Shown here piece after piece: positions 27,740 through 38,973 of a DNA stretch of 64,000 nucleotides. Below the pieces are notes generated by a model. It saw nothing but the letters and a program-made list of their open reading frames with translations, was not told the DNA's origin and did no database searches. The stretch comes from Candidatus Multivoradales bacterium. Lineage in GTDB: Bacteria; Acidobacteriota; Thermoanaerobaculia; Multivoradales; Multivoraceae. The position numbers and the translations under genes are program-made. Numbering within the stretch: position 1 is the stretch's first letter; every line of letters starts with the position of its first letter. Location of the stretch: positions 3,936,001 through 4,000,000 of the forward strand of contig CBDCWI010000002.1 in NCBI GenBank assembly GCA_965223325.1, written 5' to 3'.

Positions 27740-30700
27740 ATGCGACGAACAGACCATAAGAATGACGGTGCGCGAACCCTGGTAGGGCTCGCCTTGGTGG
27801 CGGCAGTTTGCGTGCTTTGGAGGGTGCCCCTGATCGCCCAGGAGGTGCGACTCTCCGGTTCGGTGGTCGACGTCGATGGCCAACCGCTCGAGCAGGTGCA
27901 GGTCGTTCTCGCGCCGATGCCACTTCGTCACGCCGCGGGGACGGCACTTCTCGAGGGACGCGATCCTCGCTTCCCCGATGGCCCGGGCGCGGGAGCTGTG
28001 TCAACCGATGCCGAGGGCCGTTTCGAGATCACAGTCAGGCCGGGCAACCATCGCCTGCATCTGAGCCAGGGCGGCTATGTCGATGCGGCCCTCGATCTCC
28101 TGGCCCTGTTCGACGATCGAGGGCTTCAACCCATCGCCCTTGATGCCGCGGAAACCCTGCTAGTCGATGTCCAGGATGGCGATGGCCAGGCAGTCCCGGG
28201 TGCGGTGGTCGAGGTTTTCGGTCAACGCCCCAGCGCTTGGCGGCGGGGACGTGAGTTTGCTGGCGCCGTTCCGGGGACCGCTACGACCAACGCCCAGGGG
28301 CGAGCGACCTTCGACATCGTCGCGGGTGCCGAGTACAGCCTGGCGGTGCGTAGCGAGGGGCATTCATTGTCGGTGCTCCGGGGCGCTACCGGCGATCGAC
28401 AGATGGTGAGGCTCGAGGTGGGGTCGCCCGTCGTTTTCCGAGCGCTGGTCGGGACCGACCGGGTGGCGGCGGGCGCTCTGGTTCGGCTGGGTGGAGTGGC
28501 CGTGGGGGTCACCGACGACCAGGGCCTCGCCGTTGTCCACATCGCCAGCGAGACGTCACGGGCCTGGACAGTCGAGACCGCCGAGCTCGCGATGGCTTCT
28601 GGCGAGCTCGAAGCTGGACCTCTCGGGCCGGACACCGTCATCAAAGCGAAGGTCGAGGTGCACCACGCGCGCGGTCAGGTGATCGATCAGGCAGGTCGCC
28701 TGCCGATCGCCAACGCCTGGGTCTGGCATTCGCGCGACCCGGGGCGCGTTGTCACCAGCGGTCCGCGCGGCGCGTTCGACCTTCCTCTTCCCTCGAAAGG
28801 AGGGGGGCGGGTCTTTGCGGCTCTGCCGGGATACCGGATGGCCGAGCGGCGGCTCCAGGGCCAGAACACCGATGACCTGATCCTCGAGGTCGAACAAAGC
28901 CAGGCGCTCACCGGCAGGACAATCGACGCCGAAGGGCGACCGATTGCCGCTGCACGGCTCACCGTGACGCCCCACATGTCTGCCCGTGGTTCGCACCGTG
29001 CCCAGGTCGCAACCTCGGACGCCGATGGCGGCTTCGAAATCGGCGAGCTCGACGACCAGATCCCCTACACGCTTTCGGTCTACGCCCCGACCTGGAAGCG
29101 CAAGACGCTGCAGCTTCCTCCGGGCATCGTCGAGCCTCTCGAAATCGTTCTCGAGCCCGGGGTCGCAGCGCGCGGCTTTGTCGTGGATGCGTCGGGAGCG
29201 CCAGTTGCCAACGCCGAGGTCACTGCGACGATCGAGCCGCCGGAGTCGGCGACCTTCGAAGAGGTCGCCCAGTTCTCGATCCTCAACCGTTCTGGAATCA
29301 CGGCTGAAACTGACGGCGAGGGCGCCTTCACCTTCGCCGATCTCGAACCCGCAACCTATGAACTCGAGGCTCGTGCTCCGGGCTTCGCACCCTTGACCGT
29401 GCCGCGCGTGGAAATGGGCGCCGAGGAGGGGCAAGACATCGGAACCCTCGAGTTGGTTCCGGGGGCCACTCTCCAAGGACGTGTCGTCGACAGCGAAGGA
29501 GAGGGCGTCTCAGGTGCTCGCCTGATACTCAAGCGCACTGCCCAGCGACAGTTCAACTTTGCGGGGCGGAACGAAAAGGAAGCCGAGGCCACGAGCGACA
29601 GCGAGGGACGGTTCGACATCGTTGACCTCGCACCCGAGGGGACCTACACCCTCGTGGCGATGGCGACTGGCTTCGCCCCTCGGACTCTGGCGAACGCCAA
29701 AGCCGGGCGGGCCGAGGTGCGCCTCCTGCTCCGTCGCGAGGCGGCGATCGAAGGTCGAGTCACCGGCCGCGATGGTAAGCCGGTGCCGCAAGGGTGGGTC
29801 ATGGTCGAGAACGAGAACCTGCGCGCCGCTGGGACCTTCACTTTTCCTGGGCGGGAGAACGTCGGCGAAGACGGCACCTTTCGGGTCGGGGCCCTCGAGC
29901 CCGCTACCTACACCCTCCTCGCCAGCGCTGAAGGCCTGGCTGCTCAAACCCGCGCAGGGCTCACTCTCGAGGAGGGGCAGGTCCTCAGTGGAGTCGAGAT
30001 GGTTCTGGGAGAAGGCGCCGTACTTTTTGGTGTCGTCCTCGCTGGCGACCGCGTCCCGGTGCCCAACGCAAGAGTCCGAATCGAGCCCGACTTCCAGTCC
30101 ACGCGTGGCTCGCTCGCGATCCAGGCGGCCAGCAAGATCGCGATTTCCTCAGGCGACGGAAGCTACCGCCTCGCGGGCCTCCGTCCCGGACCGCAGACCG
30201 TGGTCGTACAAAGCGAAGACCATCCCGATCTCACGCTGTCGGTGAACCTCGAAGAGGGTGAGACCCGCCGCGATCTCGAGCTTCCAAGTGGCTATCGCAT
30301 CTCGGGTGTGGTCCTCGACCCCGAAGAGTCGCCGGCTCCGGGTGTCGACATTCGCGTTGTTCGCGGCAGCGGCAACCAGATGATGCGCGGCATGATGAGT
30401 AAGAACCAGAGCCGCGCCGACGGAACTTTCGAGACGGAGCCCCTGGCAGAGGGGAGCTGGGCGGTCATCGCCGAAGGTCGCGGCTTCGCTCCAGCCCGGA
30501 CCGACCCTCCGATTGAACTTCGAAGTGACGTTTCAGGCATCGAGCTTCGGCTCGAGCGGGGCGGTCGCCTCGAAGGCCTCGTCCTTGGGCTCGCTCTCGA
30601 CGATCTCCAGCGTCTCTCAGTGACCCTCATCCAGCAGAGCACGATGACCTTCCGGCAGGCTCAACCAGATCACGAGGGTCGCTTCGCGGTCGACGGGCTT

Positions 30701-31837
30701 CTCGCCGGAAGCTGGCAGGTCAATGCGCAAGTCGGACAGGGAGAGCGCTCGCTGCGGGAAACGGTCGACGTCGAGGTCGGATCTCCAACCGAGCTCACCC
30801 TCCGTTTCGAGGCCGGGTTTACAGTCGCCGGGACTGCAACGCGCGGCGGCCAGCCGGCTGCGAATGAGAGACTCCTGTTGACCGGGGGTCGTGAGGGGCA
30901 GAGGCAGGTGGTCACCGACCAGGCCGGGCGATTCTCCCTTGCGGGCGTCGCGGCGGGAGAGTACATCCTCCAGTCGGCGAGTGGAGTTGGGCGGCGCGAG
31001 ACGGTGCTGGTCGAGGCCGATCTCGATCTCGAGTGGCCCCTCGACGGGTCCATCGTGGAAGGCCGAGTCCTCACGAATGACGATCATCCTCTGTCCGGAG
31101 CGACCGTCTCGCTTTCGCTCGTCGGTTCCAGCCAGCTACGTCGCTTCGGTGGTGTCACCTCGCGCGCTGATGGCGGTTTCGTCTTCCAGGACGTCGCTCC
31201 CGGCGACTACCGCCTCCAAGCGACGGCCCCTGGTCGCGCGGCAGCAACCGTCGTCGTGACGGTCGACGAGACGGGCGTGATCGCTCCTGTCTTTGGCCCG
31301 GTTGACCTTGTGATGTCGCCGGCCGGTGCCCTGACGCTGGCGATCACCCGGGTCGACGGGACAGTCGTCGATCAGGTCACGCTGATCGCCCGGGACCTGG
31401 ATGGGCATCTCGTCTCGACTGCTTTCTTACAGGCTGGCAGCAATGGCCTGACGAAAGTCGACGGTCTAGGACAGGGGCGCTTTGACCTGACGCTCCTTAC
31501 CTTCGCGGATGCAGAGCGAGTCCGTGTCGACATTCCTAGTAGCGAACCCGTTCCGGTAGTGCTTGCTCCCACTGCCCGAGTCACGGTTCGGGTCCCGGAA
31601 CTCGAAGAGACGCCAACTCCTGCGAGTGCGGTCCTCTACGACCAGAACGGGGACTTGTCTCGGTTCACCTACGCCACCGACCTCGTACAGGGGTGGCCGG
31701 TGCTAGCGGGCGGCCTGTCCTTTACCCTTCCTGCCGGCTCGTACTCCGTTCTAGTGCGTGCGGCGAACGGCGACCGAGTGTGGAGGAAGGCCTTCACCGT
31801 TGCTACCGGAACTCCGCTCGAGGTGGTTCTCGAGTGA
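27740..31837 (+). CDS. Large exported protein with many carboxypeptidase-regulatory-like (Ig/transthyretin-like) repeats
   Basis: N-terminal hydrophobic segment; about ten repeats of G-x-V-x-D-x-x-G-x-P...T-D-x-x-G-x-F...L-x-P-G-x-Y; no catalytic domain seen. Confidence 0.85.
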   Translation: MRRTDHKNDGARTLVGLALVAAVCVLWRVPLIAQEVRLSGSVVDVDGQPLEQVQVVLAPMPLRHAAGTALLEGRDPRFPDGPGAGAVSTDAEGRFEITVRPGNHRLHLSQGGYVDAALDLLALFDDRGLQPIALDAAETLLVDVQDGDGQAVPGAVVEVFGQRPSAWRRGREFAGAVPGTATTNAQGRATFDIVAGAEYSLAVRSEGHSLSVLRGATGDRQMVRLEVGSPVVFRALVGTDRVAAGALVRLGGVAVGVTDDQGLAVVHIASETSRAWTVETAELAMASGELEAGPLGPDTVIKAKVEVHHARGQVIDQAGRLPIANAWVWHSRDPGRVVTSGPRGAFDLPLPSKGGGRVFAALPGYRMAERRLQGQNTDDLILEVEQSQALTGRTIDAEGRPIAAARLTVTPHMSARGSHRAQVATSDADGGFEIGELDDQIPYTLSVYAPTWKRKTLQLPPGIVEPLEIVLEPGVAARGFVVDASGAPVANAEVTATIEPPESATFEEVAQFSILNRSGITAETDGEGAFTFADLEPATYELEARAPGFAPLTVPRVEMGAEEGQDIGTLELVPGATLQGRVVDSEGEGVSGARLILKRTAQRQFNFAGRNEKEAEATSDSEGRFDIVDLAPEGTYTLVAMATGFAPRTLANAKAGRAEVRLLLRREAAIEGRVTGRDGKPVPQGWVMVENENLRAAGTFTFPGRENVGEDGTFRVGALEPATYTLLASAEGLAAQTRAGLTLEEGQVLSGVEMVLGEGAVLFGVVLAGDRVPVPNARVRIEPDFQSTRGSLAIQAASKIAISSGDGSYRLAGLRPGPQTVVVQSEDHPDLTLSVNLEEGETRRDLELPSGYRISGVVLDPEESPAPGVDIRVVRGSGNQMMRGMMSKNQSRADGTFETEPLAEGSWAVIAEGRGFAPARTDPPIELRSDVSGIELRLERGGRLEGLVLGLALDDLQRLSVTLIQQSTMTFRQAQPDHEGRFAVDGLLAGSWQVNAQVGQGERSLRETVDVEVGSPTELTLRFEAGFTVAGTATRGGQPAANERLLLTGGREGQRQVVTDQAGRFSLAGVAAGEYILQSASGVGRRETVLVEADLDLEWPLDGSIVEGRVLTNDDHPLSGATVSLSLVGSSQLRRFGGVTSRADGGFVFQDVAPGDYRLQATAPGRAAATVVVTVDETGVIAPVFGPVDLVMSPAGALTLAITRVDGTVVDQVTLIARDLDGHLVSTAFLQAGSNGLTKVDGLGQGRFDLTLLTFADAERVRVDIPSSEPVPVVLAPTARVTVRVPELEETPTPASAVLYDQNGDLSRFTYATDLVQGWPVLAGGLSFTLPAGSYSVLVRAANGDRVWRKAFTVATGTPLEVVLE

Positions 31838-31976
31838 AGGTTTTTCGTGACGGTCCTCGACCAGGCCGTAGTTCACGCGGCCTGTCGAGACCGGCTGAGG
31901 TGTAGAGCCAGGTGTGAGCTGGCCCCTTCTCTGGCTGGTAGGCATTCTTCGGGTGATCGCGCTATCCTCGGCGACT

Positions 31977-33008
31977 ATGCCTGAAACCAAACGAGCGTTC
32001 ATGACTGGTGCTACTGGTCAGGACGGTTCCTACCTCGCCGAGCTGTTGCTCGAGAAGGACTATGAAGTCTGGGGTATGGCGCGGCGCCTTTCGACTCCGA
32101 ACGAGTGGCGGCTTCGCGACGTGCTCGACGGTCCCAACCGCGATCGCTTTCATCTGGTTGAAGGGGACCTGGGCGATTCTTCATCGATCTATCGTCTCCT
32201 GGCTGAGATCCGCCCGCACGAGGTCTACAACCTGGCAGCGCAATCGCACGTTCAGGTTTCGTTCGAGGTGCCGGACTACACGGGTGATGTCACCGCCCTG
32301 GGGTGCACGCGGCTGCTCGAGGCAATTCGTGTGCTGGGGCTCGACGCTCGCTTCTACCAGGCCTCGTCGTCGGAGATGTACGGCAAGGTTGTCGAAACGC
32401 CGCAGACCGAGGCGACGCCCTTTCACCCACGAAGCCCCTACGCGGTGGCCAAGGTCTATGCGTTTCACATCACCCGGAACTATCGGGAGGCTTTCGGTCA
32501 GTTCGCGGTCAATGGCATTCTTTTCAATCACGAGTCGCCGCGCCGTGGCGACACCTTCGTGACCCGCAAGATCACCCTTGGCGCAGCGGCGATTCGGGCG
32601 GGCAGCCAGGAGACCCTACGGCTCGGCAATCTAGACGCGAGTCGAGACTGGGGGTTTGCTGGAGATTACGTCGAGGCGATGTGGCTGATGCTCCAGGCTG
32701 AAGAGCCAGAGGACTACGTCGTTGCAATGGGCGAGACCCACACGGTGCGCGAGTTTTGCGAGCTGGCGTTTGGACGGGTGGGTCTACCGCTCGAGTGGCG
32801 TGGCAAGGGCGTCGACGAGAAAGGCTATGGGCCCGGCGGCAAGCTGCTCGTCGAAGTCGATCCCCAGTTCTTTCGCCCGGCCGAGGTCGACTTCCTGCTT
32901 GGAGACGCGACCAAAGCACGCGACGAAATCGGCTGGACGCCGAGGACGAGCTTCAAGGAGCTTGTCGAGATGATGGTCGACGCCGATATGGCCGACGCCC
33001 AGGCCTAG
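31977..33008 (+). CDS. gmd: GDP-mannose 4,6-dehydratase
   Basis: [63 protein letters not shown]. Confidence 0.97.
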   Translation: MPETKRAFMTGATGQDGSYLAELLLEKDYEVWGMARRLSTPNEWRLRDVLDGPNRDRFHLVEGDLGDSSSIYRLLAEIRPHEVYNLAAQSHVQVSFEVPDYTGDVTALGCTRLLEAIRVLGLDARFYQASSSEMYGKVVETPQTEATPFHPRSPYAVAKVYAFHITRNYREAFGQFAVNGILFNHESPRRGDTFVTRKITLGAAAIRAGSQETLRLGNLDASRDWGFAGDYVEAMWLMLQAEEPEDYVVAMGETHTVREFCELAFGRVGLPLEWRGKGVDEKGYGPGGKLLVEVDPQFFRPAEVDFLLGDATKARDEIGWTPRTSFKELVEMMVDADMADAQA

Positions 33009-34933
33009 CCGGCGGCGGTTGCACGCGGCCGAAAGAGCAGGATCGCCGCCTCTTCCTGAGCACCTTCGAGACGGGCGTCGTTGATGATCTCGGAGAGGAC
33101 CGTGATGATCTCAGCCTCGCGGCCGTCGCGCACCAGGTCGCCGAGTCGGTTCATGACGCGGTGCAGGTGAGCGGACTCGACCGGTTCGGCCATCAGGGTC
33201 GCGAAAATCTTGCTGTGGCGGGTGAGTCGGAAGTGCTCCCCCGACTGCTCGAGCTCCTCGCGCAGCTTCTCGCCAGGGCGAATACCGGTAATGAAGATGT
33301 CGATGTCTTCGCCCGGCCGTAGGCCCGACAACCGAATCATGTCGCGGGCGAGGTCGATGATCTTGACCGGTTCGCCCATGTCTAGCATGAGCACCTCGCC
33401 GGCGCGTCCCAGAGCGCCGGCCTGCAGGACCAGCCGCGACGCTTCGGGAATCGTCATGAAGTAGCGCACCATGTCTTCGTGGGTCACCGTGACCGGGCCA
33501 CCCCTCTCGATCTGCTCGCGGAAGATCGGTACCACCGATCCGGCCGAACCGAGAACGTTGCCGAAGCGCACGGCAACGAAGCGGGTTTCGGAACGTTTGT
33601 CGAGGTCCTGGATCACCAGTTCGGCGAGCCGCTTACTAGCACCCATGACCGACGAGGGGCGTACCGCCTTGTCGGTGGAGACCAAGACGAAGGAGCGTGT
33701 TCGATACTCGCTGGCCAGCTGGGCAACCATGCGTGTGCCGAAGACGTTGTTCTTGATCGCAACGGCAACGTTACGTTCGAGCAGGGGAACATGCTTGTGG
33801 GCGGCGGCGTGGAAGACGACCTCGGGTAGGTAGGTCTCGAAGGCGCCGCGCATGGCGGTCTCGTCGCCGACATCGATCACCAACGGGATGCACTCGAAGT
33901 CGTGGTCTTCCTGGATCATCTCGCGGTGAATCGCGAACAATGAGGGCTCCGAGCGCTCGATGAGGAGCAATCGATCGGGCTTGTAGGTCGCGATCTGGCG
34001 CACCAGCTCGGCGCCGATTGATCCGCCGGCGCCGGTCACCATGATGGTGCGTCCGGTGAGGAAGCGTTCGAGTCCCTTCTGGTCGATCTCGACCGGCGGT
34101 CTGCCAAGCAGGTCTTCGATCCGTACTTCACGTAGTCGTTGCACATTGACCGCCCCATCGAGCAGATCGGTCAGGTCCGGGATCACTTTGAGCTCGACGT
34201 CGAGGTGCTCGCAGAGGTCGACGAGCCGACGGATGACCCGTCGACTGGCGCGAGCACCGGTATAGACAACGAGTTCGATTTCGTTCTGGCGCACGACGGC
34301 CTCGAGGTCCGCGGTCGTGCCGAGGACCGGCGCACCACCAACACGTGTGCCAACGAGGTTCGCATCGTCATCGACGAAACCGACGACGTCGAGGCCCGAC
34401 TCAGGACGGTTTCGGCAGTCATCGGCCACCCGTGCCCCAGAGCGACCCGTTCCAACCAGAAGGGTGCGGCGGAGGCGACGGTGCGGTTCGGTCGACGCGG
34501 CTTCGAAACGCTCCCAGACGATGCGTCGCATCATGCGCAGCCCGAGAACACCGCCGAAGGCCAACGCGGTGTCGATCAGGATAATGGAAAGCGGGACACG
34601 CCATTCCTGCCAGGCTTCAGGTAGCCCAAGGCGGAGTGCGATGGCGGGGATCGCCGAGATCAGGCCAGCGCGCGCGAAGGCCTGGACCTCGCCTAGCGCT
34701 ACGTAGCGCCAGATGAATCGGTAGACCCCCAGCACGTAGAGGGTGACGAACTGCACAAGAACCACGAAGGGTGCCTGCACAAGGGCGTGGTTGAGGGCAT
34801 CGGCAGGAATGTTGAAGTCGAAGCGCAGCAGGTAGGCGGCTGCGAAGGCGGCGGCGAGAACGAGCAGATCGAGGAGGAACTGCATCTCGCGAGTGAGGTT
34901 CTTTTGCCAGATGTTGAGAAGCGAATTGGGCAT
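33005..34933 (-). CDS. Membrane UDP-GlcNAc 4,6-dehydratase (CapD/PglF/WbpM family)
   Basis: Four N-terminal TMs; [64 protein letters not shown]. Confidence 0.95.
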   Translation of the reverse strand: MPNSLLNIWQKNLTREMQFLLDLLVLAAAFAAAYLLRFDFNIPADALNHALVQAPFVVLVQFVTLYVLGVYRFIWRYVALGEVQAFARAGLISAIPAIALRLGLPEAWQEWRVPLSIILIDTALAFGGVLGLRMMRRIVWERFEAASTEPHRRLRRTLLVGTGRSGARVADDCRNRPESGLDVVGFVDDDANLVGTRVGGAPVLGTTADLEAVVRQNEIELVVYTGARASRRVIRRLVDLCEHLDVELKVIPDLTDLLDGAVNVQRLREVRIEDLLGRPPVEIDQKGLERFLTGRTIMVTGAGGSIGAELVRQIATYKPDRLLLIERSEPSLFAIHREMIQEDHDFECIPLVIDVGDETAMRGAFETYLPEVVFHAAAHKHVPLLERNVAVAIKNNVFGTRMVAQLASEYRTRSFVLVSTDKAVRPSSVMGASKRLAELVIQDLDKRSETRFVAVRFGNVLGSAGSVVPIFREQIERGGPVTVTHEDMVRYFMTIPEASRLVLQAGALGRAGEVLMLDMGEPVKIIDLARDMIRLSGLRPGEDIDIFITGIRPGEKLREELEQSGEHFRLTRHSKIFATLMAEPVESAHLHRVMNRLGDLVRDGREAEIITVLSEIINDARLEGAQEEAAILLFRPRATAAG

Positions 34934-35064
34934 TTCGAGGGAGTAGGGCTCGGCGGAGTTGGAGGAAAAGAGGTCGAGAGATGAACCCAACGGGCAAGGT
35001 CGAGTCTAGCATAGAAATACTAGAAAACAAGCTTAAAAGAGTCTTGGGCCAGGGGGGGTCCCTC

Positions 35065-35712
35065 TCATGAGCTGAGTTCGAGGTCGCGGCGCGGGCGAAG
35101 CACTGCGACCAGGGTGGCCAAGAGCGTGCCGAGGTCGGTCAAACCGCTGCGTCGACGGCCGTACGCGAGGTAGCCCTCGAGCTTCTTCGGCAGGAGCTGC
35201 TGGCGATAGAAGTCCTCGGGGTTCTCTCCGTTCCGTCGGGCGGCTCGAAGCACGCCCTCCTCGTCGCGAAGCGTGATCGCGACGGGGTCGGTAATGCCCG
35301 GGCGCATCGCCAGGACCTCCTGCCAGCGCGGGTCGTCGAGGTCGACGTAGCGCTCGACCTCCGGCCTTGGTCCCACCAGGTCCATCTCGCCGCGCAGCAC
35401 ATTGATCAGCTGTGGGAGCTCGTCGCATTTGGTGGCGCGCAGCCACCGACCGACGGTGGTGATGCGCCGGTCTCCGGCTTCGGTGACCATCGGACCCCTG
35501 GTGGGTGCGCCGCCAACTTCGCTTCGCATGGTGCGAAACTTGAGAATCTCGAAGGGCTGTCCGCCGAGCCCGACTCGCCGCTGGCGAAACAGCACAGGGC
35601 CCGGTGAAGTCACCCGCACGGCGACTGCGGCGAGCAGCATGAGTGGAGAAAACAGCACCAGGGCGCCGGCTGCCCCCAGGAGCTGCACGCTGCGCGGCAG
35701 TCCACCGGTCAT
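35065..35712 (-). CDS. Initiating phosphoglycosyl transferase (bacterial sugar transferase, PglC-like)
   Basis: SPGPVLFRQRRVG, KFRTM, RITTVGRWLR, DELPQLINVLRGEMDLVGPRPE, RPGIT. Confidence 0.95.
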   Translation of the reverse strand: MTGGLPRSVQLLGAAGALVLFSPLMLLAAVAVRVTSPGPVLFRQRRVGLGGQPFEILKFRTMRSEVGGAPTRGPMVTEAGDRRITTVGRWLRATKCDELPQLINVLRGEMDLVGPRPEVERYVDLDDPRWQEVLAMRPGITDPVAITLRDEEGVLRAARRNGENPEDFYRQQLLPKKLEGYLAYGRRRSGLTDLGTLLATLVAVLRPRRDLELSS

Positions 35713-36944
35713 CGTGCCGCATCCTCGAGGAGCGACTGCAGAGTTCGGGTGACATGGGACACTTCTTCGTCACGCATCCCTGGGAAGACTGGCAGTGAGA
35801 TGAGACGCGGAAAGAGCGCCGTCGCCTGAGGAAGTTCGTCGGCCTGCCACCCCTGGTTCTCCGACCAGTAGGGGTGAAGATGGAGTGGGCGCCAGTGAAC
35901 GGAGAAGCCCACGCCGCGGCTGCGCAAGTCCTGGACGATCTCGTCGCGACTTCTGGTGAGCGTCTCGAGCCGCAGACGAATGGGAAACAGATGCCAGGAG
36001 TGAACGCGGTCATCGGGGTCAGGCGGACACTCGAACATCTCGTTGTCACTGAATTCATGCAGGTAGCGGCGTGCGATGGCCTCGCGCTCGCGGCGCATGG
36101 GCTCAGCGCGAGCTAGCTGGTGGAGGCCGATGGCGGCAGCAATGTCGGTGAGGTTGTACTTGTAGCCGGGAGCCAGGATTCGATAGTCCCACTGACCCGA
36201 GCCGGAGTAGCGCTTCCAGGCGTCCTTGGAAAGCCCATGCAGGGACATGAGACGCATCTCTTCGAGCAAGGTGGCATCGCTGGTGACGGCCATGCCACCT
36301 TCACCGGTGGTGATGGTCTTGTTGGCGTAGAAGGAAAAGCAGGAGACGCGCGCCGTGTTCTCGCCACAACGCTGGGTCAGAACGTTGCCGTTGTCGTCGG
36401 TTCGGGTGACCGCAGCTGGAAAGCTGTGGGCAGCATCTTCGACCATCCAGAGTTGGTGCTCGCGAGCGAAGTCTTCGAGCTCGGTCGGATCGATCAAGAG
36501 GCCCGCCACGTGTACCGGCAGCAAGCCAACCAGGGGGCCGGGCGCGGTGACTCCCAGGCGGCGTGGGAGGTCACCACTCCGCCACGCGGCGACCTTGCGA
36601 GCCGCGTCGGCCAGGCAGATGTTGCCGGTCGTTGGATCGCAGTCGACCAGCACGACGGTCGCGTGGCTGTAGCGCACGACCTCGGCGGTCGCCGCAAAGG
36701 TCATGGTGGGTACCAGGACCGCATCGTTGGGCTTCAGGCCGAGCGCGACAAGAGCCAGGTGGAGCGCCGCCGTACACGAGTTGACCGCCAGGGCATGCTC
36801 TGCGCCTACCGCCTCGGCAAACTGCTCCTCGAAGCGCCGGACACGTGGGCCGGTGGTCAACCACCCGGAGCGTAGGGCATCGCTGACTTCGCGGATCGCC
36901 TCTTCGGAGATCTGCGGTCTGAAGAAGGGCACTTCGATGGTCAT
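35709..36944 (-). CDS. DegT/DnrJ/EryC1/StrS PLP-dependent sugar aminotransferase
   Basis: SGWLTTGP, VNSCTAALHL, EDAAH, FSFYANKTITTGEGG, GYKYN. ATG at 36944 overlaps the upstream stop. Confidence 0.96.
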   Translation of the reverse strand: MTIEVPFFRPQISEEAIREVSDALRSGWLTTGPRVRRFEEQFAEAVGAEHALAVNSCTAALHLALVALGLKPNDAVLVPTMTFAATAEVVRYSHATVVLVDCDPTTGNICLADAARKVAAWRSGDLPRRLGVTAPGPLVGLLPVHVAGLLIDPTELEDFAREHQLWMVEDAAHSFPAAVTRTDDNGNVLTQRCGENTARVSCFSFYANKTITTGEGGMAVTSDATLLEEMRLMSLHGLSKDAWKRYSGSGQWDYRILAPGYKYNLTDIAAAIGLHQLARAEPMRREREAIARRYLHEFSDNEMFECPPDPDDRVHSWHLFPIRLRLETLTRSRDEIVQDLRSRGVGFSVHWRPLHLHPYWSENQGWQADELPQATALFPRLISLPVFPGMRDEEVSHVTRTLQSLLEDAAR

Positions 36945-38161
36945 GACGTGCCGCCCTCGGTAGCAGGCTCGGTGCCAGCGCGCGGCTTCGGCTGGCCTTT
37001 CGATGACACCCGGTGTGAAGCAGCTGACGGCCGCGTCGGCGACAGCGGTGTCGAGGAGAGTGCCCGCCGCCCGAGGTGCCTCAAGCGGCGCCACCAGAAA
37101 GGACCGCCTTCGACCTGACGTTCGACGACTCCCGGGTGTGCCCAGACGCGGCGCAACGCGGTGCGTGCGCCGGCGCGGGTTTCGCGACCTGCAAGCAGGC
37201 GTCGGCCGACGATCGAGCTCAGACGCACCGCGCTCGGGCCACGCTGCTCGAGAGTTCGAAGAAGTGCGGCTTCTCGGCCACGGAGAGTTGTCATGAGCCG
37301 GTCGCGGAGTCGCTTCTGTACTTCGTCTCCGGGCCAACAACGAGCTACGACGTGTGTCGAGAGCAAAACGGGGAGGCCGATGCCGAGGTCCTTGGCCCGT
37401 GTGGTCACCAGAGCGATGAACTGCTCGTCGTCCAGGTGGTCGGGTTTGGCCCGCGCGAGAAGGTGTACGTCCCACCAGTCGAGTAGGGACCGCGGTCGGT
37501 GCCCGAGCCAGGCATGGACGGCCGCGAGGATGAAGGCCCAGGCACGGTCGATAGTCCAGCCACCGTCCTCGCTCTCGATCCGGTCGGCCAGGATCAGCTC
37601 GACGGTGCGCTCAGGCAGCAGCGACCAGAGGCGGAAGTGGACCTCGAGAAGGTCGCCCTGCGGACTCTCTGCCGACCATGCGTACCCCTCTTCCTGGAGA
37701 TAGCGTTCGGAACGAACGCCGTTCCAGAGACTCTTCCAGGAAAGCCCTCCGAGTCTTGCCCGGACCACGGGGAGGTTCTGAGGGGAGACCAGAATGTCGA
37801 GATCTGACATGGGGCGGTCTTCGCGGCAGCGATGCGCCGCCGTAGCGGTATAGAGCCCCTTGATCGGGAGCCACACCACCTCAGACAACGCCTCCCTGAG
37901 AGCAGCGTGGGTTGCCTCCTGCCGCATCCATGCCGCGGTCGACGAGCGCAGAGCCTCTCGCCAAGCCTCGGGAACTTCGAAACCGTGGTCGGCGAGCCGG
38001 CGCGCCAGGGCCGGCCACAGGTCCGCCTGGTCACAGAGAGAGTCCGGCGAGCGGACGCACTCTTCGAGCGCATCCGGGTTCTGCGCCAGGGCCGAAGCGG
38101 CAAGTTCGAGGCTCTCCCACTCGCTATGCCCTGTTGCTTTCGCGTGACGGTGACGCGTCAT
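36941..38161 (-). CDS. Nucleotidyltransferase family protein (NTP_transf_5 type)
   Basis: LPIKG...RPMSDLDILV...LEVHFRL...AAVH...WWDV motif series. Confidence 0.85.
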   Translation of the reverse strand: MTRHRHAKATGHSEWESLELAASALAQNPDALEECVRSPDSLCDQADLWPALARRLADHGFEVPEAWREALRSSTAAWMRQEATHAALREALSEVVWLPIKGLYTATAAHRCREDRPMSDLDILVSPQNLPVVRARLGGLSWKSLWNGVRSERYLQEEGYAWSAESPQGDLLEVHFRLWSLLPERTVELILADRIESEDGGWTIDRAWAFILAAVHAWLGHRPRSLLDWWDVHLLARAKPDHLDDEQFIALVTTRAKDLGIGLPVLLSTHVVARCWPGDEVQKRLRDRLMTTLRGREAALLRTLEQRGPSAVRLSSIVGRRLLAGRETRAGARTALRRVWAHPGVVERQVEGGPFWWRRLRHLGRRALSSTPLSPTRPSAASHRVSSKGQPKPRAGTEPATEGGTS

Positions 38162-38973
38162 GGCGAGCCACCCTCGTCAATGGGGTCCTCGGAGGGTTCG
38201 ATGATGGCCACCCAGTGCGTACGCAGGACAGGGAGCGTTTCGCTTGCGGCGACCAACAGCCGTCGCCACGATCCAGGCTCTCGGCCCAATATGCGACGCA
38301 GAATTGGTGGCGCCAGGGTCACGGCCCGCAAGTGAATGCGACAACCTGGAAAGAGCTCTTCCAGTTCCGCAGCGGAGACCCTTCGGACCGCAGGGTTCTT
38401 CGGGTTGTCTCTTCGCAGGTCGTACCAGACCAGGGCACCACGGTGATGTAGGACGCGGCGCGCCTCGCGGCAAACCAGGCTGCGCACGCGTGGATCGAGA
38501 ATCGACGAGACGACGGTGGAGAGAATCACCAGGTCGAAGGAAGCCTCGTTCCACGGCAGTGAAGTGGCGTCACCTTCCAGGATCTCGGCACCTTCGAACG
38601 CCCGCCGCGCCTGACTGGCACGTTCAGCGTCGAGGTCGATGCCTGAGATGTTGTGCGTCGGAATCCCCCAGGATGTGAGTTCGCCGAGCCAGCCGAGCCG
38701 CCCGCATCCCACCTCGAGGCAGCGACTGTGAGGCATCGGGAAGCGGCCCGCCTGATGCAACAGGCGTACGGCTTCGCGCGACCGTTCCTGTCGCATGTGC
38801 ATCTCAGCGGGCGAAGTGGCGGCGTAGCGCCCCACCGGCACCTCATTCGTGCGCCGGCGGTATTCGGCGAGGATCCTCTCTCGTTCAGTCCTCACGTGTG
38901 AAGGATCATCGGGAGCGGGCGCAGCGCGGCGGTGTGGTTGCGCCAGGGGAGAAGTATTGGATGCCGACGTCAT
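38158..38973 (-). CDS. Class I SAM-dependent methyltransferase
   Basis: LEVGCGRLG, GDATSLPW, FDLV, RRVL...WYD. ATG at 38973 overlaps the GT2 stop. Confidence 0.88.
   Translation of the reverse strand: MTSASNTSPLAQPHRRAAPAPDDPSHVRTERERILAEYRRRTNEVPVGRYAATSPAEMHMRQERSREAVRLLHQAGRFPMPHSRCLEVGCGRLGWLGELTSWGIPTHNISGIDLDAERASQARRAFEGAEILEGDATSLPWNEASFDLVILSTVVSSILDPRVRSLVCREARRVLHHRGALVWYDLRRDNPKNPAVRRVSAAELEELFPGCRIHLRAVTLAPPILRRILGREPGSWRRLLVAASETLPVLRTHWVAIIEPSEDPIDEGGSP

Noticed and set aside
36945-37475. N-terminal extension of the DegT ORF; similar extensions on the methyltransferase (to 39426), gmd and the 55376 gene
   Set aside because: The extensions are low-complexity or overlap real genes; ATGA-coupled or otherwise better downstream starts exist.
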